Shown: positions 38,746 through 48,177, counted from the first letter of the stretch. The stretch is 62,728 nt of DNA from Clostridia bacterium (GCA_017461745.1 JAFTXE010000125.1:1-62728); one strand, 5' to 3'. The notes: generated by a model from the sequence alone, not told the origin. Numbers and translations: made by a program.

Positions 38746-39672
38746 TCACTTTCTGTACTCGATAGGCTTTGTAAACTTGGTCATAAAGATATACGTGATG
38801 AGTATAGCCATACCGCAAACCGCAAGAACTATCTTACCAAGCGTTGTAAACATAAGGGCGTTATACCAATCCTTATTGAGCATATATAAAAGCGGGATAT
38901 TGGCTACCACCATTCCCGCCATCATATAATATTCCACTCTCGCTGCCGAGAGCATTGCCTTGATCTCTCCGTTTGCAAGACGCACGTCGGTGAGCTTTGC
39001 GACAATGGGCATAAGAGTTTCCTTTAAGGTTCTGTCATCCTGACATGCAATGAGGGTGTCGCACCATTCGTGAAAGATATTGTTATTTATCTTTTCCTTC
39101 AGATGCTTGATCGACTGCTTTATGTTGGCGGATATAAGTGTGTTTTCAGCAATGAAGCCCGAAAATATATCCTTTACGGGAGGCTTGAGATAGTCTATGT
39201 TCTCCCTTACCGCCGTTACGATATCGTCGTTTCGCATATAGGACGTGGTTATGATAGACAGCGTTGTTTCAAGCTCCTCTTGAATGTGTTCCTCGTAGTA
39301 TTTGATGGTTTTCTTGGCGTATCCGAATGGGATGAGGGCAAAGGCGAGAGCAAACACGGGAATAAGAAAGACGTTGTCGATAGCAATAGCCAAGACACAG
39401 CCCACGATCATAAGAAGCAGTGAGGCGGCGCAGGATACGGCAAACATATTGCCTTTTCCTGTGGTTTTGAGAGCGTCTCTTATGCGATTAAGTTCCACTG
39501 TCAGCTTCCTTGATTTCTTTCTTCCTTTTGCCAATAGAACTCGCTCACGTAAAGACGGCTCGGATGCGGACATACGCATGATATCGTTTGTTATATTGTC
39601 GGGTGTGAGTCCGAGCAACAACACGATACCGATGGTAGCCACGATAAAGCAGATTAGATATACAAAGGTCAT
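38746..39672 (-). CDS. tadB: Tad inner-membrane platform protein TadB
   Basis: TM pair, cytoplasmic T2SSF-like domain, C-terminal L..T..GK TM. Confidence 0.75.
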   Translation of the reverse strand: MTFVYLICFIVATIGIVLLLGLTPDNITNDIMRMSASEPSLRERVLLAKGRKKSRKLTVELNRIRDALKTTGKGNMFAVSCAASLLLMIVGCVLAIAIDNVFLIPVFALAFALIPFGYAKKTIKYYEEHIQEELETTLSIITTSYMRNDDIVTAVRENIDYLKPPVKDIFSGFIAENTLISANIKQSIKHLKEKINNNIFHEWCDTLIACQDDRTLKETLMPIVAKLTDVRLANGEIKAMLSAARVEYYMMAGMVVANIPLLYMLNKDWYNALMFTTLGKIVLAVCGMAILITYIFMTKFTKPIEYRK

Positions 39673-39746
39673 AATTCACCTTCTTTCGAGAAAATAAAAA
39701 AGACGAGTGTGTTTCAACTCGTCCTGATGTGGTTTGTATTTAGTTA

Positions 39747-39775
39747 TTGACTTTTGTCATAAAAAGTAGTATAAT
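39747..39775 (+). promoter_or_regulatory. Sigma-A promoter of a putative type I toxin mRNA
   Basis: TTGACT-17 nt-TATAAT. Confidence 0.75.
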
Positions 39776-39935
39776 AATCGGTGGATACTTATGTATCCCA
39801 GAGGAAAGCCATAAACGGTGGCGGTTGCTCCTGTCATGATTTTTGTGAAAGGAGCCATGTTTCTTTGCTCCTTTCAACATCTTATGAAAGGAGTGGTGCT
39901 TATGTTTTACTTAAATTTGCACCGTGTTATCCCAA

Positions 39936-40010
39936 ATGGTAACTTTCGAGATGCTTATAGCATTTACCGGACTTATCATAATGATTGCTTCTTTCTTCAA
40001 GAAAGACTGA
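39936..40010 (+). CDS. Putative type I (holin-like) toxin peptide MVTFEMLIAFTGLIIMIASFFKKD
   Basis: 24-aa single hydrophobic helix with charged tail, between convergent promoters. The best RBS (AAGGAG, ~39888) leads to an out-of-frame ATG at 39902. Confidence 0.55.
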   Translation: MVTFEMLIAFTGLIIMIASFFKKD

Positions 40011-40019
40011 TCTTGATAA

Positions 40020-40105
40020 CAAAAAGAAATAACCGCCTCACGACCAATAAAGCGGTTATTTCTTAACTTGCTCGATGGGAGGAACCGTCATCGGTTTTCC
40101 TCTGT
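40020..40105 (-). ncRNA. Putative antisense antitoxin RNA (ends approximate)
   Basis: Minus-strand promoter TTGACA-17 nt-TATAAT (40140..40112) reading into the hairpin AAGAAATAACCGC/GCGGTTATTTCTT (40024-40064) and a T tract. Confidence 0.6.
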
Positions 40106-40336
40106 ACCATTATTATACTACGATTTCCTTCGCTTGTCAATACTTTTTCGAAAATTCCGCGGGCTGTGCGTTACAGCTCGCTATCTTTTTTGCAATCTCC
40201 ATTACAGAGAGTTGTGATTTCAGCATTAAGCGTTCCTTGTTCAAATGCTATTGCTTGAGCTATGCCGTTTTTTATTTCATCAAATAGTTTTTCGTTATCC
40301 ATAATATCACCTTTTTGAGATTTGTATGCGATACAG

Positions 40337-40972
40337 TCAAAATTTATTTTTGTTCTGTAATTTCATTGCTTCTACCAACTTATGTACGTTGGTGTAGGAA
40401 TTCCAATCACAGATTGGGTAGTTGTCATCTTGACGTTCCCTGCGATGCTCCAGCACTCTCTTTTGATGAACCACATCGGCATTATGAGTCGCATCATCCA
40501 GAAGAGGAACAAATATTGATTTAAACACATCGGCGTCGTCTTTCGAATAGCCTTTCGGATACCCGTGCTTTTGCAATATAGAATCAAGTTCTTTGATCAA
40601 TCTGTCAACAGTCTTTTCGTTCTCGCATTTTGCAAAATGATCCATGAGCCAAACCTCAAACGATATATTGGAGAAAGCAATGCCTATACCGTATTGTTTT
40701 GCAAGCGCTATAGCCTGATAGATGGATTCTTTTGAGAATTGATCCTTGTCAAAAACACACCAAACGCGGTTTGTCTTGCTTTTTTCATCAATTGCGTGAG
40801 ATACCAATGTTTCGGGGGCATCATTCATGAATTTGACCTTTATTTTATATATGGTCTTAAATTCAGAGCGTAAGGCTTCAAAGTAATTCTTTTCACTTCT
40901 TTTTCCATTTGTGAGAATAAGAAATTCATCACGAACAGGAATTTTCTTTGTAACTTCTTGGCATAGCAACAC
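40337..40972 (-). CDS. rloB: RloB-family protein (start uncertain)
   Basis: SEKNYFE, VWCVFDKD, SN.SFEVWL..HF, YTNVHKLV. Confidence 0.8.
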   Translation of the reverse strand: MLLCQEVTKKIPVRDEFLILTNGKRSEKNYFEALRSEFKTIYKIKVKFMNDAPETLVSHAIDEKSKTNRVWCVFDKDQFSKESIYQAIALAKQYGIGIAFSNISFEVWLMDHFAKCENEKTVDRLIKELDSILQKHGYPKGYSKDDADVFKSIFVPLLDDATHNADVVHQKRVLEHRRERQDDNYPICDWNSYTNVHKLVEAMKLQNKNKF

Positions 40973-40973
40973 C

Positions 40974-42275
40974 TCACATCTTTCTGTCGAGGTCGGGAAG
41001 CGATGCATAGAATCCCGCAAGATATCGTTTACTGAACAACTCATCCTTGCGTACTCCGTTGTAGTCGGCAAGGGATACTAAAGAGCTTTTTCCAAAACTA
41101 TCTTTACTGGTGAAATAAATTTGATCTCTGCGTAAGCCTTCATCCATAAGCATAACGTTATGAGCTGTGCATATAAGCTGTGCATTGTGGGGGTTGTGTT
41201 CGATAGAGTTAAACAGTCCGATAATATAATCGGCTACAAGGAAGTGGAGTTTTGAATCAATTTCGTCAATAAATATAATGCCACCATGATCAAGAACTGA
41301 CAGTATCCATCCAAGATAGCAAAGCAAGCGAACAGTTCCTTCAGAATTAAATCCTGTTTCTTTATAGAGCATAACCTGTTTTTTGCCAACTACATTATCA
41401 TTCTCATCATAGATATCGAAATCTGTTCTCATATCAATTTGATAGAGGGTTTCGTTTTCTCGCTTTAACTGCCCTGTTATGAAGGAGGGATTTATTTGCA
41501 TCTGTCGATTAAGATTTATAACGTCCTGCGGATTCTTAACATTTGCAATCTTATCCTTAATAACCTCAAAGTTAGATATTCCAATATCAGCTTTTTTGAG
41601 AATTTCAAGGGCCTGTTCTTTGTACTTATCGTTTTCCAGCGTATAAAACTCGAGTGAATTTGCGGAGTTTTCAAACACAATCATTACACGCATAAACCAA
41701 TTCATAACGTCACTCAGATATCTGTTTATATCCAAATTGTAATTGTTTCCAATTGACAAAAATAAGGTTACGTTCGGAATTTTTATGAGATTGATAGCCT
41801 GACTACCAACTCCCATTATTTCGAGTTTATCGTTTTTACGTTCAAAAACTTTTATTAAACGTTCTTCTCTTTTGTATAGCCATTCGTGAACGACTACACC
41901 TTTTTGAAGTTCAAATCCATATTTATAATAAATTCCGTTTTGAATTATCTCTACTTCATAAAGACTATCTTCTATGTCTGTTCCCGTGCGGAATGCAAAA
42001 AATTCATTTGAAGCTACCACGGGATACTGTGATGAAGAAAAGCCAATTACATTCAGCATATACGCAAACGCTTTCAAAATGTTGGATTTACCCGATGCAT
42101 TACTACCAAAAACAACCGCAGACTTTAAAAGCTCATTATCGCCTTTGGGCATAGCTTTTTCATTCACAAAAAACGTGTTGATTTCGCTTTTTGTAGTATC
42201 GCTTGTAGCCTGCATAGAGAGGTTAGCCTCATCATAGAACGAACGACAGTTTTTAAATCTGAAGTTAATTAACAT
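40974..42275 (-). CDS. AAA_21/RloA-like ABC-type ATPase
   Basis: GSNASGKS, SEGT signature, IDEIDSKLH, QLICTAH, LRRDQIYF, YLAGFY. Own promoter TTGACA-17 nt-TATAAT at 42345..42317. Confidence 0.85.
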   Translation of the reverse strand: MLINFRFKNCRSFYDEANLSMQATSDTTKSEINTFFVNEKAMPKGDNELLKSAVVFGSNASGKSNILKAFAYMLNVIGFSSSQYPVVASNEFFAFRTGTDIEDSLYEVEIIQNGIYYKYGFELQKGVVVHEWLYKREERLIKVFERKNDKLEIMGVGSQAINLIKIPNVTLFLSIGNNYNLDINRYLSDVMNWFMRVMIVFENSANSLEFYTLENDKYKEQALEILKKADIGISNFEVIKDKIANVKNPQDVINLNRQMQINPSFITGQLKRENETLYQIDMRTDFDIYDENDNVVGKKQVMLYKETGFNSEGTVRLLCYLGWILSVLDHGGIIFIDEIDSKLHFLVADYIIGLFNSIEHNPHNAQLICTAHNVMLMDEGLRRDQIYFTSKDSFGKSSLVSLADYNGVRKDELFSKRYLAGFYASLPDLDRKM

Positions 42276-42387
42276 ATCTATTGCCTTTCATGTGTTAGAA
42301 TTGTTTCTGCACTAATATTATACTCAATTTTCTTCAGAATGTCAATCCTTAATTCAACATTTTGCAAAAAATTCACAAATATCATCG

Positions 42388-43686
42388 TTAAGAAGCCAAA
42401 AACTGCTTTAAGACAGCCTGTGGCACACCGCTTCGCGTCAGAAGCATCTGCAAATGCTCGGACGGCTCGTTCACCTTTATGAAGTCTCCCTCAATATGAT
42501 GTCTTCCGTCAATATACTCATTCTTGGTAATGTTATAACGGTAAAGGCATCTGTACTCGGTCTTGCCTTCGGGCGTTACCGCGCACTCGGATATGTCCAT
42601 TATCTTTCTCGAATTATCCTCGCACTTATGAGCGAAGACCACAAGCGGAAATGCCTGACGGGATTGTGCAAGGGATACTTCCATACCGAGTTGGAAGCGC
42701 CTTTGGCAGAGCAGAGAGATTCGTCCATGCGCCGATTCTGCGGGACCTGAGTGTACTGTTGTAACAACAGTATGACCTGTAAGCGATGCTTCGACTGCCG
42801 AGTTTGCTTCGGCATCTCTTATTTCTCCGACAACAACGATATCGGGATCGAATCGAAGGGCGGCAACTACAAGGTTTTCTTGCGTAATGTTATATGCCGT
42901 GTTCTCGCTCGGTCGGGACAGCGTGTGTACCACGTTGTTTTGTACCTCTCCGAAACGGTTGCGCCTTACAAGGAACAGCTCTCTTGCTCCCGACTCAATG
43001 CTGTATATACGCTTATCGTCGGGGATGCTTGAGAGCAGTGCGTTGAGTAGCGTTGTTTTACCCGATGAGGTTCGTCCGGCTACCACAAGTGATACGCCGT
43101 AGCGGATACACATCTCCAAGAATGACACCATTTCTTCTGTAGCCATTCGGTTGGTTATAAGGCACTTTCTGTCTATCTTCTGCGGGTGGAGCAGACGGAT
43201 AGATACCGCGATACCGCATTCATCGTCAACGATGGGAGCTTTAAGAGCTGTGATACGGGTATTATTCGGCAGATGCCCCTGTGCTATGGGAGTTGCGTTG
43301 TCGATTATCATTCCGCTGTGGTGCAGAAGCCTTTTGACTATATCCACGGCGTGCTGCGGAGAGTTGAAATGCTCCGCCAGCTTCTCCATGTGTCCGTCCG
43401 AGTATGTGAGCGTTACGTCATCCCAGGAGTTGACGTTTATCTCGTCAAGGTCGGGAGAGCCGAGAAAGGGAGTAAGGATGGAGTATTCCACCATCTCGCA
43501 GTAAAGACGGTCAATGAGCTGCTCGTCCGTCATTCCGTCCACCATATATCCGTTATCAAGAATATATTTCTCTATATAGTTCTTCAGATCCTCACGCTTT
43601 GATTCGTCTGTAAGAGCCGATGCGTAATATTTGGATATATATCTCTGTGTAAGAGTCAGGACGTCATACAGCTTAATACGCTCCAT
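42388..43686 (-). CDS. tadA: Tad pilus assembly ATPase CpaF/TadA
   Basis: EINVN, GRTSSGKTT, ALRFDPD..VVGEIR..EA, TGH..VTTVH. Confidence 0.9.
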   Translation of the reverse strand: MERIKLYDVLTLTQRYISKYYASALTDESKREDLKNYIEKYILDNGYMVDGMTDEQLIDRLYCEMVEYSILTPFLGSPDLDEINVNSWDDVTLTYSDGHMEKLAEHFNSPQHAVDIVKRLLHHSGMIIDNATPIAQGHLPNNTRITALKAPIVDDECGIAVSIRLLHPQKIDRKCLITNRMATEEMVSFLEMCIRYGVSLVVAGRTSSGKTTLLNALLSSIPDDKRIYSIESGARELFLVRRNRFGEVQNNVVHTLSRPSENTAYNITQENLVVAALRFDPDIVVVGEIRDAEANSAVEASLTGHTVVTTVHSGPAESAHGRISLLCQRRFQLGMEVSLAQSRQAFPLVVFAHKCEDNSRKIMDISECAVTPEGKTEYRCLYRYNITKNEYIDGRHHIEGDFIKVNEPSEHLQMLLTRSGVPQAVLKQFLAS

Positions 43687-44434
43687 AGGTTACCACCTTT
43701 TCCGCAATCTCCCGCATTCGGTTGTCAAAGGCTTTGTCTCCTGTAGGCTCTACAAGGCTTCCTGTCTGCATTTGAACCTTGACTGCGGTACTAAACGGTA
43801 CAGTAAATCGAACGTCCTTCAGATGCGCCTTAGCTTCTTCTACGGGCATGAACACGTCGGCGTTTGGAGTGTTAAGCCCTTGGATATGCTCACCGAGCCT
43901 GTATTTGCCGTCAGCATAGACGGGTAATTGCGACAGGTAGTAGCTTATGCACTTGAGGTCGGGAGAAGCCAATCGGATTATCTGATCTGCCATCTCTATT
44001 GCCGTTGCGGACAGAACGCTGTTTTCGAGATTACTTGAGCAATCCACGATAACGTAATCGGCGTTATGGCAGAGTATATTGATAAGGTTTTCAGCCTTAG
44101 CTCTGCCGTATCTCGGGAAGGTAAACTTGTTATCTCCCGCGCGGTATCCGAAAAACACGAGATTTCCTCGGTTCTTGACGGTAACCGCGTTTCGCTCAAT
44201 ATCCTCGGCTTCGATCTCGGTCTTTGACAGCGGAACTCCCACGGAGCCGACGTCCTCGTGCTTCTCGTTGGGGAAGATTATGGGAAGAACGGGAGCTTCA
44301 AGGTCGCAGTAAAGGACTATTACAGTTGACTGATAGCGGTCATAGATAGCCGTTGCCAGCTTTGTCGCAATGGTTGTCTTACCGCTGTTGGGCGAACCCC
44401 ATACGGCAATGATCTTGGCTTTCCTTTCTTCCAT
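43673..44434 (-). CDS. CpaE/TadZ-like MinD/ParA ATPase
   Basis: IAVWGSPNSGKTT, DYVIVD; lies between cpaB and tadA. Confidence 0.8.
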   Translation of the reverse strand: MEERKAKIIAVWGSPNSGKTTIATKLATAIYDRYQSTVIVLYCDLEAPVLPIIFPNEKHEDVGSVGVPLSKTEIEAEDIERNAVTVKNRGNLVFFGYRAGDNKFTFPRYGRAKAENLINILCHNADYVIVDCSSNLENSVLSATAIEMADQIIRLASPDLKCISYYLSQLPVYADGKYRLGEHIQGLNTPNADVFMPVEEAKAHLKDVRFTVPFSTAVKVQMQTGSLVEPTGDKAFDNRMREIAEKVVTYGAY

Positions 44435-44435
44435 A

Positions 44436-45179
44436 TCAAGCACCTGCCTTTACAAAATATGCCGCTTGCTCGTCGAGATATTTTTGCGCCTGTCCTGCTT
44501 CGCCTCTGTATTCGAGAGCAAAGTGCATTGACGAGGTCTTTTCGTATTCGGCAAGCAGTTCAGCCTGTGTCTGATTTACAAGAAGTGTTACGGTTACGGG
44601 CTGTGTGTTATCAGTAACGTCTGCCTTGTCAATACCCTTTGAGGTAGTGGAGGTAATGACCTTAACGTACTGAAGCTCTTCGGGAGTAAAGGCACCGCCT
44701 TGCTTTGAGTCATAGACAATGACCGAGATAATATCTCCTGTTTCCAGCTTTCCCGATACGCCTTGAGCGAAGCTGCCGATAGTCACGCTTATGACCTTCT
44801 GATCTCCCGCAAGGCTTCCGAGAATGTCACCCGCCGTATGCATATCCGACGTTATCTTGGCGGACATGATGTAGTCTCCCGCATACATATCCACGTTTGC
44901 GAATTTGCCGACAACGTCCTCTTTCTTGGTAATGAGGTTTTCGGGAACGTTATAGCTTCCTACCTTTACGACCTCGACCACGTCCTCGGTGATCATGCTT
45001 CCTTGCGGTATAGTCTCCTTGACTCTCACTACCTCTGTCTTACCGTCGGACACCTTATTTACAAGAGGAGCTACGCCAAAGCAGATAGCAAGCGCCGCAA
45101 TAATGCAAATAATGCCGACAATGGTTCGGTTGCTCAATGACTTTGAGCCAACCGATCTTGTTTTATTCTTATGCTTCAT
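44436..45179 (-). CDS. cpaB: Flp pilus assembly protein CpaB/RcpC (SAF domain)
   Basis: TM helix, SAF domain (IPQG..IT...V), GVSGKLETGDIISV, VTLLV...QA. Confidence 0.85.
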   Translation of the reverse strand: MKHKNKTRSVGSKSLSNRTIVGIICIIAALAICFGVAPLVNKVSDGKTEVVRVKETIPQGSMITEDVVEVVKVGSYNVPENLITKKEDVVGKFANVDMYAGDYIMSAKITSDMHTAGDILGSLAGDQKVISVTIGSFAQGVSGKLETGDIISVIVYDSKQGGAFTPEELQYVKVITSTTSKGIDKADVTDNTQPVTVTLLVNQTQAELLAEYEKTSSMHFALEYRGEAGQAQKYLDEQAAYFVKAGA

Positions 45180-45201
45180 TTGTTTTCCTTTCCGTCCTGA
45201 A

Positions 45202-45843
45202 TCATATCAGAAACATTATCATAGCGCCTACGGAGAGAAATGGCACGAGAGCAAAGGGCTTTTTCTCGGTCTGCTTTGTGACCTTATTGTAGATGCACAT
45301 AAATATAACGGCCACAAGAAGCCCCAAGAGATACGCGCATATTCCTTTCCAACCGCCAAGCAGAAAGGCGAGAGCAGTTGACAGCTTTATATCCGCGCCG
45401 CCAAGTGTCTTATGCGGTGGCAACAGAGCCATTGCCATCTGCGGAATAAATACGCAAAGCGCTCCGACTACCATTGACGTCATACCTATCTTCTCTACGT
45501 TAAGCAGTGCAAGTGCAAACACGATCACCCATATATAATCGTCAACTATGTGATAGTGTATATCCGATATGGAGGCGTACAGCAAAACAAACATAAGGAA
45601 TACACCCTGAATTGCCGTAACGGATAGTCCGAACCGAGCGAAAAGCAGAAGAGCTGTGATAGCCGTTATTGTCATCGTCAGAGGCATATTCGCCGTCTCT
45701 CCCTTTGCTCTTATGATCTTAACGAGCGTTGCTCCTACAAGCATTGACATTCCCACGAACAAAAGCATGGAAAGAAGCGTCGTGAATAGCTCTATGTCAA
45801 AGCTGTGTCCTATGGGAATCATAGGTCGTATATAAGAAACCAT
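45202..45843 (-). CDS. Prepilin peptidase (A24 family)
   Basis: SISDI and GGADIKL catalytic aspartates; PFALVPFL; multiple TM helices. Confidence 0.88.
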   Translation of the reverse strand: MVSYIRPMIPIGHSFDIELFTTLLSMLLFVGMSMLVGATLVKIIRAKGETANMPLTMTITAITALLLFARFGLSVTAIQGVFLMFVLLYASISDIHYHIVDDYIWVIVFALALLNVEKIGMTSMVVGALCVFIPQMAMALLPPHKTLGGADIKLSTALAFLLGGWKGICAYLLGLLVAVIFMCIYNKVTKQTEKKPFALVPFLSVGAMIMFLI

Positions 45844-45856
45844 TGTGTATACTCCT

Positions 45857-46387
45857 TTAGTAATTCTTTGTGGATGTCATCGTCCAATTAAGTCCGTCAC
45901 TGGTTACAAACGACATACCGTTTCCGTAGCTCAGATACGCGCCTTTGCCCGAATTGGTGCTTGACAGACCAATAGAAGAGGTGGTTGTTTTTACAGGAAC
46001 CCACTCCTTGCCGTCAAGACTGCGGCATACCAGCGAACGAGACGGATTCCGGATAGCTATTAAATGAATTAAGGTTTCTCCGTTTTGGATAGTAATATAT
46101 CGCGTTACGCTGCCTGTTTCTTCAAGTTCAGCAAGCTCACATTCCACCCATTCTTCCTCATCATAGGTATAGAGTAGCTTTCCGTCCTCTAACTTCATAG
46201 ACCTTTCGCCGCCCGTATTGGACATATCGTATATCTTGTCGTTCAGTCTGTCAAATACTCCGTTGTTTCCCGCAAAGAGCATATAAAGACCGCCGAGAAT
46301 AAGTGCGCCTACTACAACGGCAATCACGATAATGATGGCCGTATTGATATGCGTCTCGCCCTTTTTATCAGTTAAAATGCGTTTCAT
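45857..46387 (-). CDS. Pilin with globular C-terminal domain (minor pilin 3)
   Basis: MKRILTDKKG|ETHINT plus hydrophobic helix; Asp-box-like SLDGKEW and TSDGLNW. Confidence 0.72.
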   Translation of the reverse strand: MKRILTDKKGETHINTAIIIVIAVVVGALILGGLYMLFAGNNGVFDRLNDKIYDMSNTGGERSMKLEDGKLLYTYDEEEWVECELAELEETGSVTRYITIQNGETLIHLIAIRNPSRSLVCRSLDGKEWVPVKTTTSSIGLSSTNSGKGAYLSYGNGMSFVTSDGLNWTMTSTKNY

Positions 46388-46408
46388 ACAGTTTCCTTTC
46401 TTTATCTG

Positions 46409-47014
46409 TTAGTTCGGTCTGATAATATCTGACCAACCACTGGTAGACCACGACAGTCCGTTACTTACCATGGTGTAATAATTACCTGATTTTCGTCTGA
46501 TAACGAATTTTTCTCCGCTAAACGATCCGGATTCGGACGGCAATGCATCATCTGTTCCATAATAAAAATGGGTTATAGCTGTGGCTGAAAATGTTCCTTT
46601 TTGCGTCCATGTGATACCGCCATCGGTAGATGCAAGGATATAATACTGCGATCCGTCTTGCATGAGAGCAACTTCTATCGGTTCACTCTCGGAGTTGTTT
46701 GACATTACTCCGTAGACCGTTGTCGTTTCGCTGAAGGTCGGCACATCGGCATCATTCCAATGCTTTCCATCGTAGGAGTATCTGAGAATATAGGTATTGC
46801 TTTCCTCATCGTAGTGACGCTCATATCGAAGCTCCTGAGTGTAGTCCATCATACCTGCTACCTCACCGTCGAGCTTATCCATGATACCGCCCTCGCCCGC
46901 AAAGAGGAGGTACAGACCTCCGAGAATAAGTGCGCCTACAACTACTGCAATCACGATAATAATTGCAGTGTTGATATGCGTCTCGCCCTTTTTGTCAGTT
47001 AAAATGCGTTTCAT
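46409..47014 (-). CDS. Pilin with globular C-terminal domain (minor pilin 2, chimeric)
   Basis: First 35 aa identical to 45857..46387; body similar to 47032..47604; STDGGITW. Confidence 0.72.
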   Translation of the reverse strand: MKRILTDKKGETHINTAIIIVIAVVVGALILGGLYLLFAGEGGIMDKLDGEVAGMMDYTQELRYERHYDEESNTYILRYSYDGKHWNDADVPTFSETTTVYGVMSNNSESEPIEVALMQDGSQYYILASTDGGITWTQKGTFSATAITHFYYGTDDALPSESGSFSGEKFVIRRKSGNYYTMVSNGLSWSTSGWSDIIRPN

Positions 47015-47031
47015 ACAGTCTCCTTTCCTGA

Positions 47032-47604
47032 TTAAAACGGAACGAGATCCGACCATGTGGGCATTGTCCAGGTTTCACCATAACTGTTAATAGTAAAATA
47101 TGTCTGTCCGCCTTGCCATACACGAATAACGAATTTGCCATCCGCCTTGCACTGAAATTTGTCTATACCTTTTCCGGTAAAGGTAAGTTTAGAATTCCAC
47201 GTTATACCGCCGTCCGTTGAAGTAATAACGTGATATGTCGTTCCATCTTGAATAAGCGCAACCTCAATCGGATTTTCTTCCGAACGATTGGACATTACTC
47301 CATAGATGGTAGCTGTATCACTGACTGTCGGTACATCGGCATCATTCCAATGTCTACCGTCATAAGAGTATCTGATGATATAGGTATTGCTTTCCTCATT
47401 GTAGTAGCGCTCATATCGAAGCTCTTGAGTGTAGTCCATCATATCTCCGACCTCACCGTCGAGCTTATCCATGACGCCGCCCTCACCCGCAAAGAGGAGA
47501 TACAGACCGCCGAGAATCAGCGCCCCGATAACAACGGCAATGATAATTTTTACGCCTGTGTCGATATGACCTTCGGCGCGGTTATTTGCAATTACATTTT
47601 TCAT
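47032..47604 (-). CDS. Pilin with globular C-terminal domain (minor pilin 1)
   Basis: RAEG|HIDTGVKIII; SYDGRHW and STDGGITW. Confidence 0.72.
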   Translation of the reverse strand: MKNVIANNRAEGHIDTGVKIIIAVVIGALILGGLYLLFAGEGGVMDKLDGEVGDMMDYTQELRYERYYNEESNTYIIRYSYDGRHWNDADVPTVSDTATIYGVMSNRSEENPIEVALIQDGTTYHVITSTDGGITWNSKLTFTGKGIDKFQCKADGKFVIRVWQGGQTYFTINSYGETWTMPTWSDLVPF

Positions 47605-47635
47605 ATTGCTTTATCTCCTTTACGTTAAATTTGCC

Positions 47636-47660
47636 CCAAGGCGGCATTTCTGCCGCCTTG
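47636..47660. terminator. GC-rich hairpin directly after the major pilin genes
   Basis: CCAAGGCGGCA-TTTC-TGCCGCCTTGG. Confidence 0.55.
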
Positions 47661-47673
47661 GATTGTTTCGGGA

Positions 47674-47907
47674 TCAAGTTCCCGAATAGTTGAACATCTC
47701 ACCGATCTTGGTGGTGAGAGTGGGGATGACTGTGGAGTTGAAGAGGGTGTAAAGACCTGCGAGGATAACGCCGCCGATAACGACACCGATAATGATCTTG
47801 ACACCTGTGTCGATATAGCCTTCAGCATTCTTGTTTTCGATTGCGAGCTTTGCGGATACAGCCGCGCCTGTTACCTTGTTTCTGATGTTCTGAAAAAATT
47901 TCTTCAT
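47674..47907 (-). CDS. Flp-like major pilin, copy 2 (DUF6133-like)
   Basis: 77 aa; KNAEG|YIDTGVKIIIGVVIGG. Confidence 0.8.
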   Translation of the reverse strand: MKKFFQNIRNKVTGAAVSAKLAIENKNAEGYIDTGVKIIIGVVIGGVILAGLYTLFNSTVIPTLTTKIGEMFNYSGT

Positions 47908-47943
47908 GTTATGTTTCCTTTCTGTTTGTGTTATTTGTTTTGA

Positions 47944-48177
47944 TTAGGTTCCGGAGTAGCTGAACATCTGAGTGATCTTGGTGGTCAGCGTGGGGATGAC
48001 CGTGGTGTTGAAGAGGGTGTAAAGACCTGCAAGGATAACGCCGCCGATAACGACACCGATGATGATCTTTACGCCTGTGTCGATATAGCCTTCAGCCTTC
48101 TTGTTTTCGATTGCGAGCTTTGCGGAGATGATTGCGGAATTTGCCTTGTTCTTGAGATTCTTAATAAAATTTTTCAT
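47944..48177 (-). CDS. Flp-like major pilin, copy 1 (DUF6133-like)
   Basis: 77 aa; mature region nearly identical to copy 2. Confidence 0.8.
   Translation of the reverse strand: MKNFIKNLKNKANSAIISAKLAIENKKAEGYIDTGVKIIIGVVIGGVILAGLYTLFNTTVIPTLTTKITQMFSYSGT

Noticed and set aside
39818-40066. 82-aa plus-strand ORF as the product of this locus
   Set aside because: It runs through the terminator hairpin and has no recognisable features; the short hydrophobic frame fits the locus layout better, though this is not proven.
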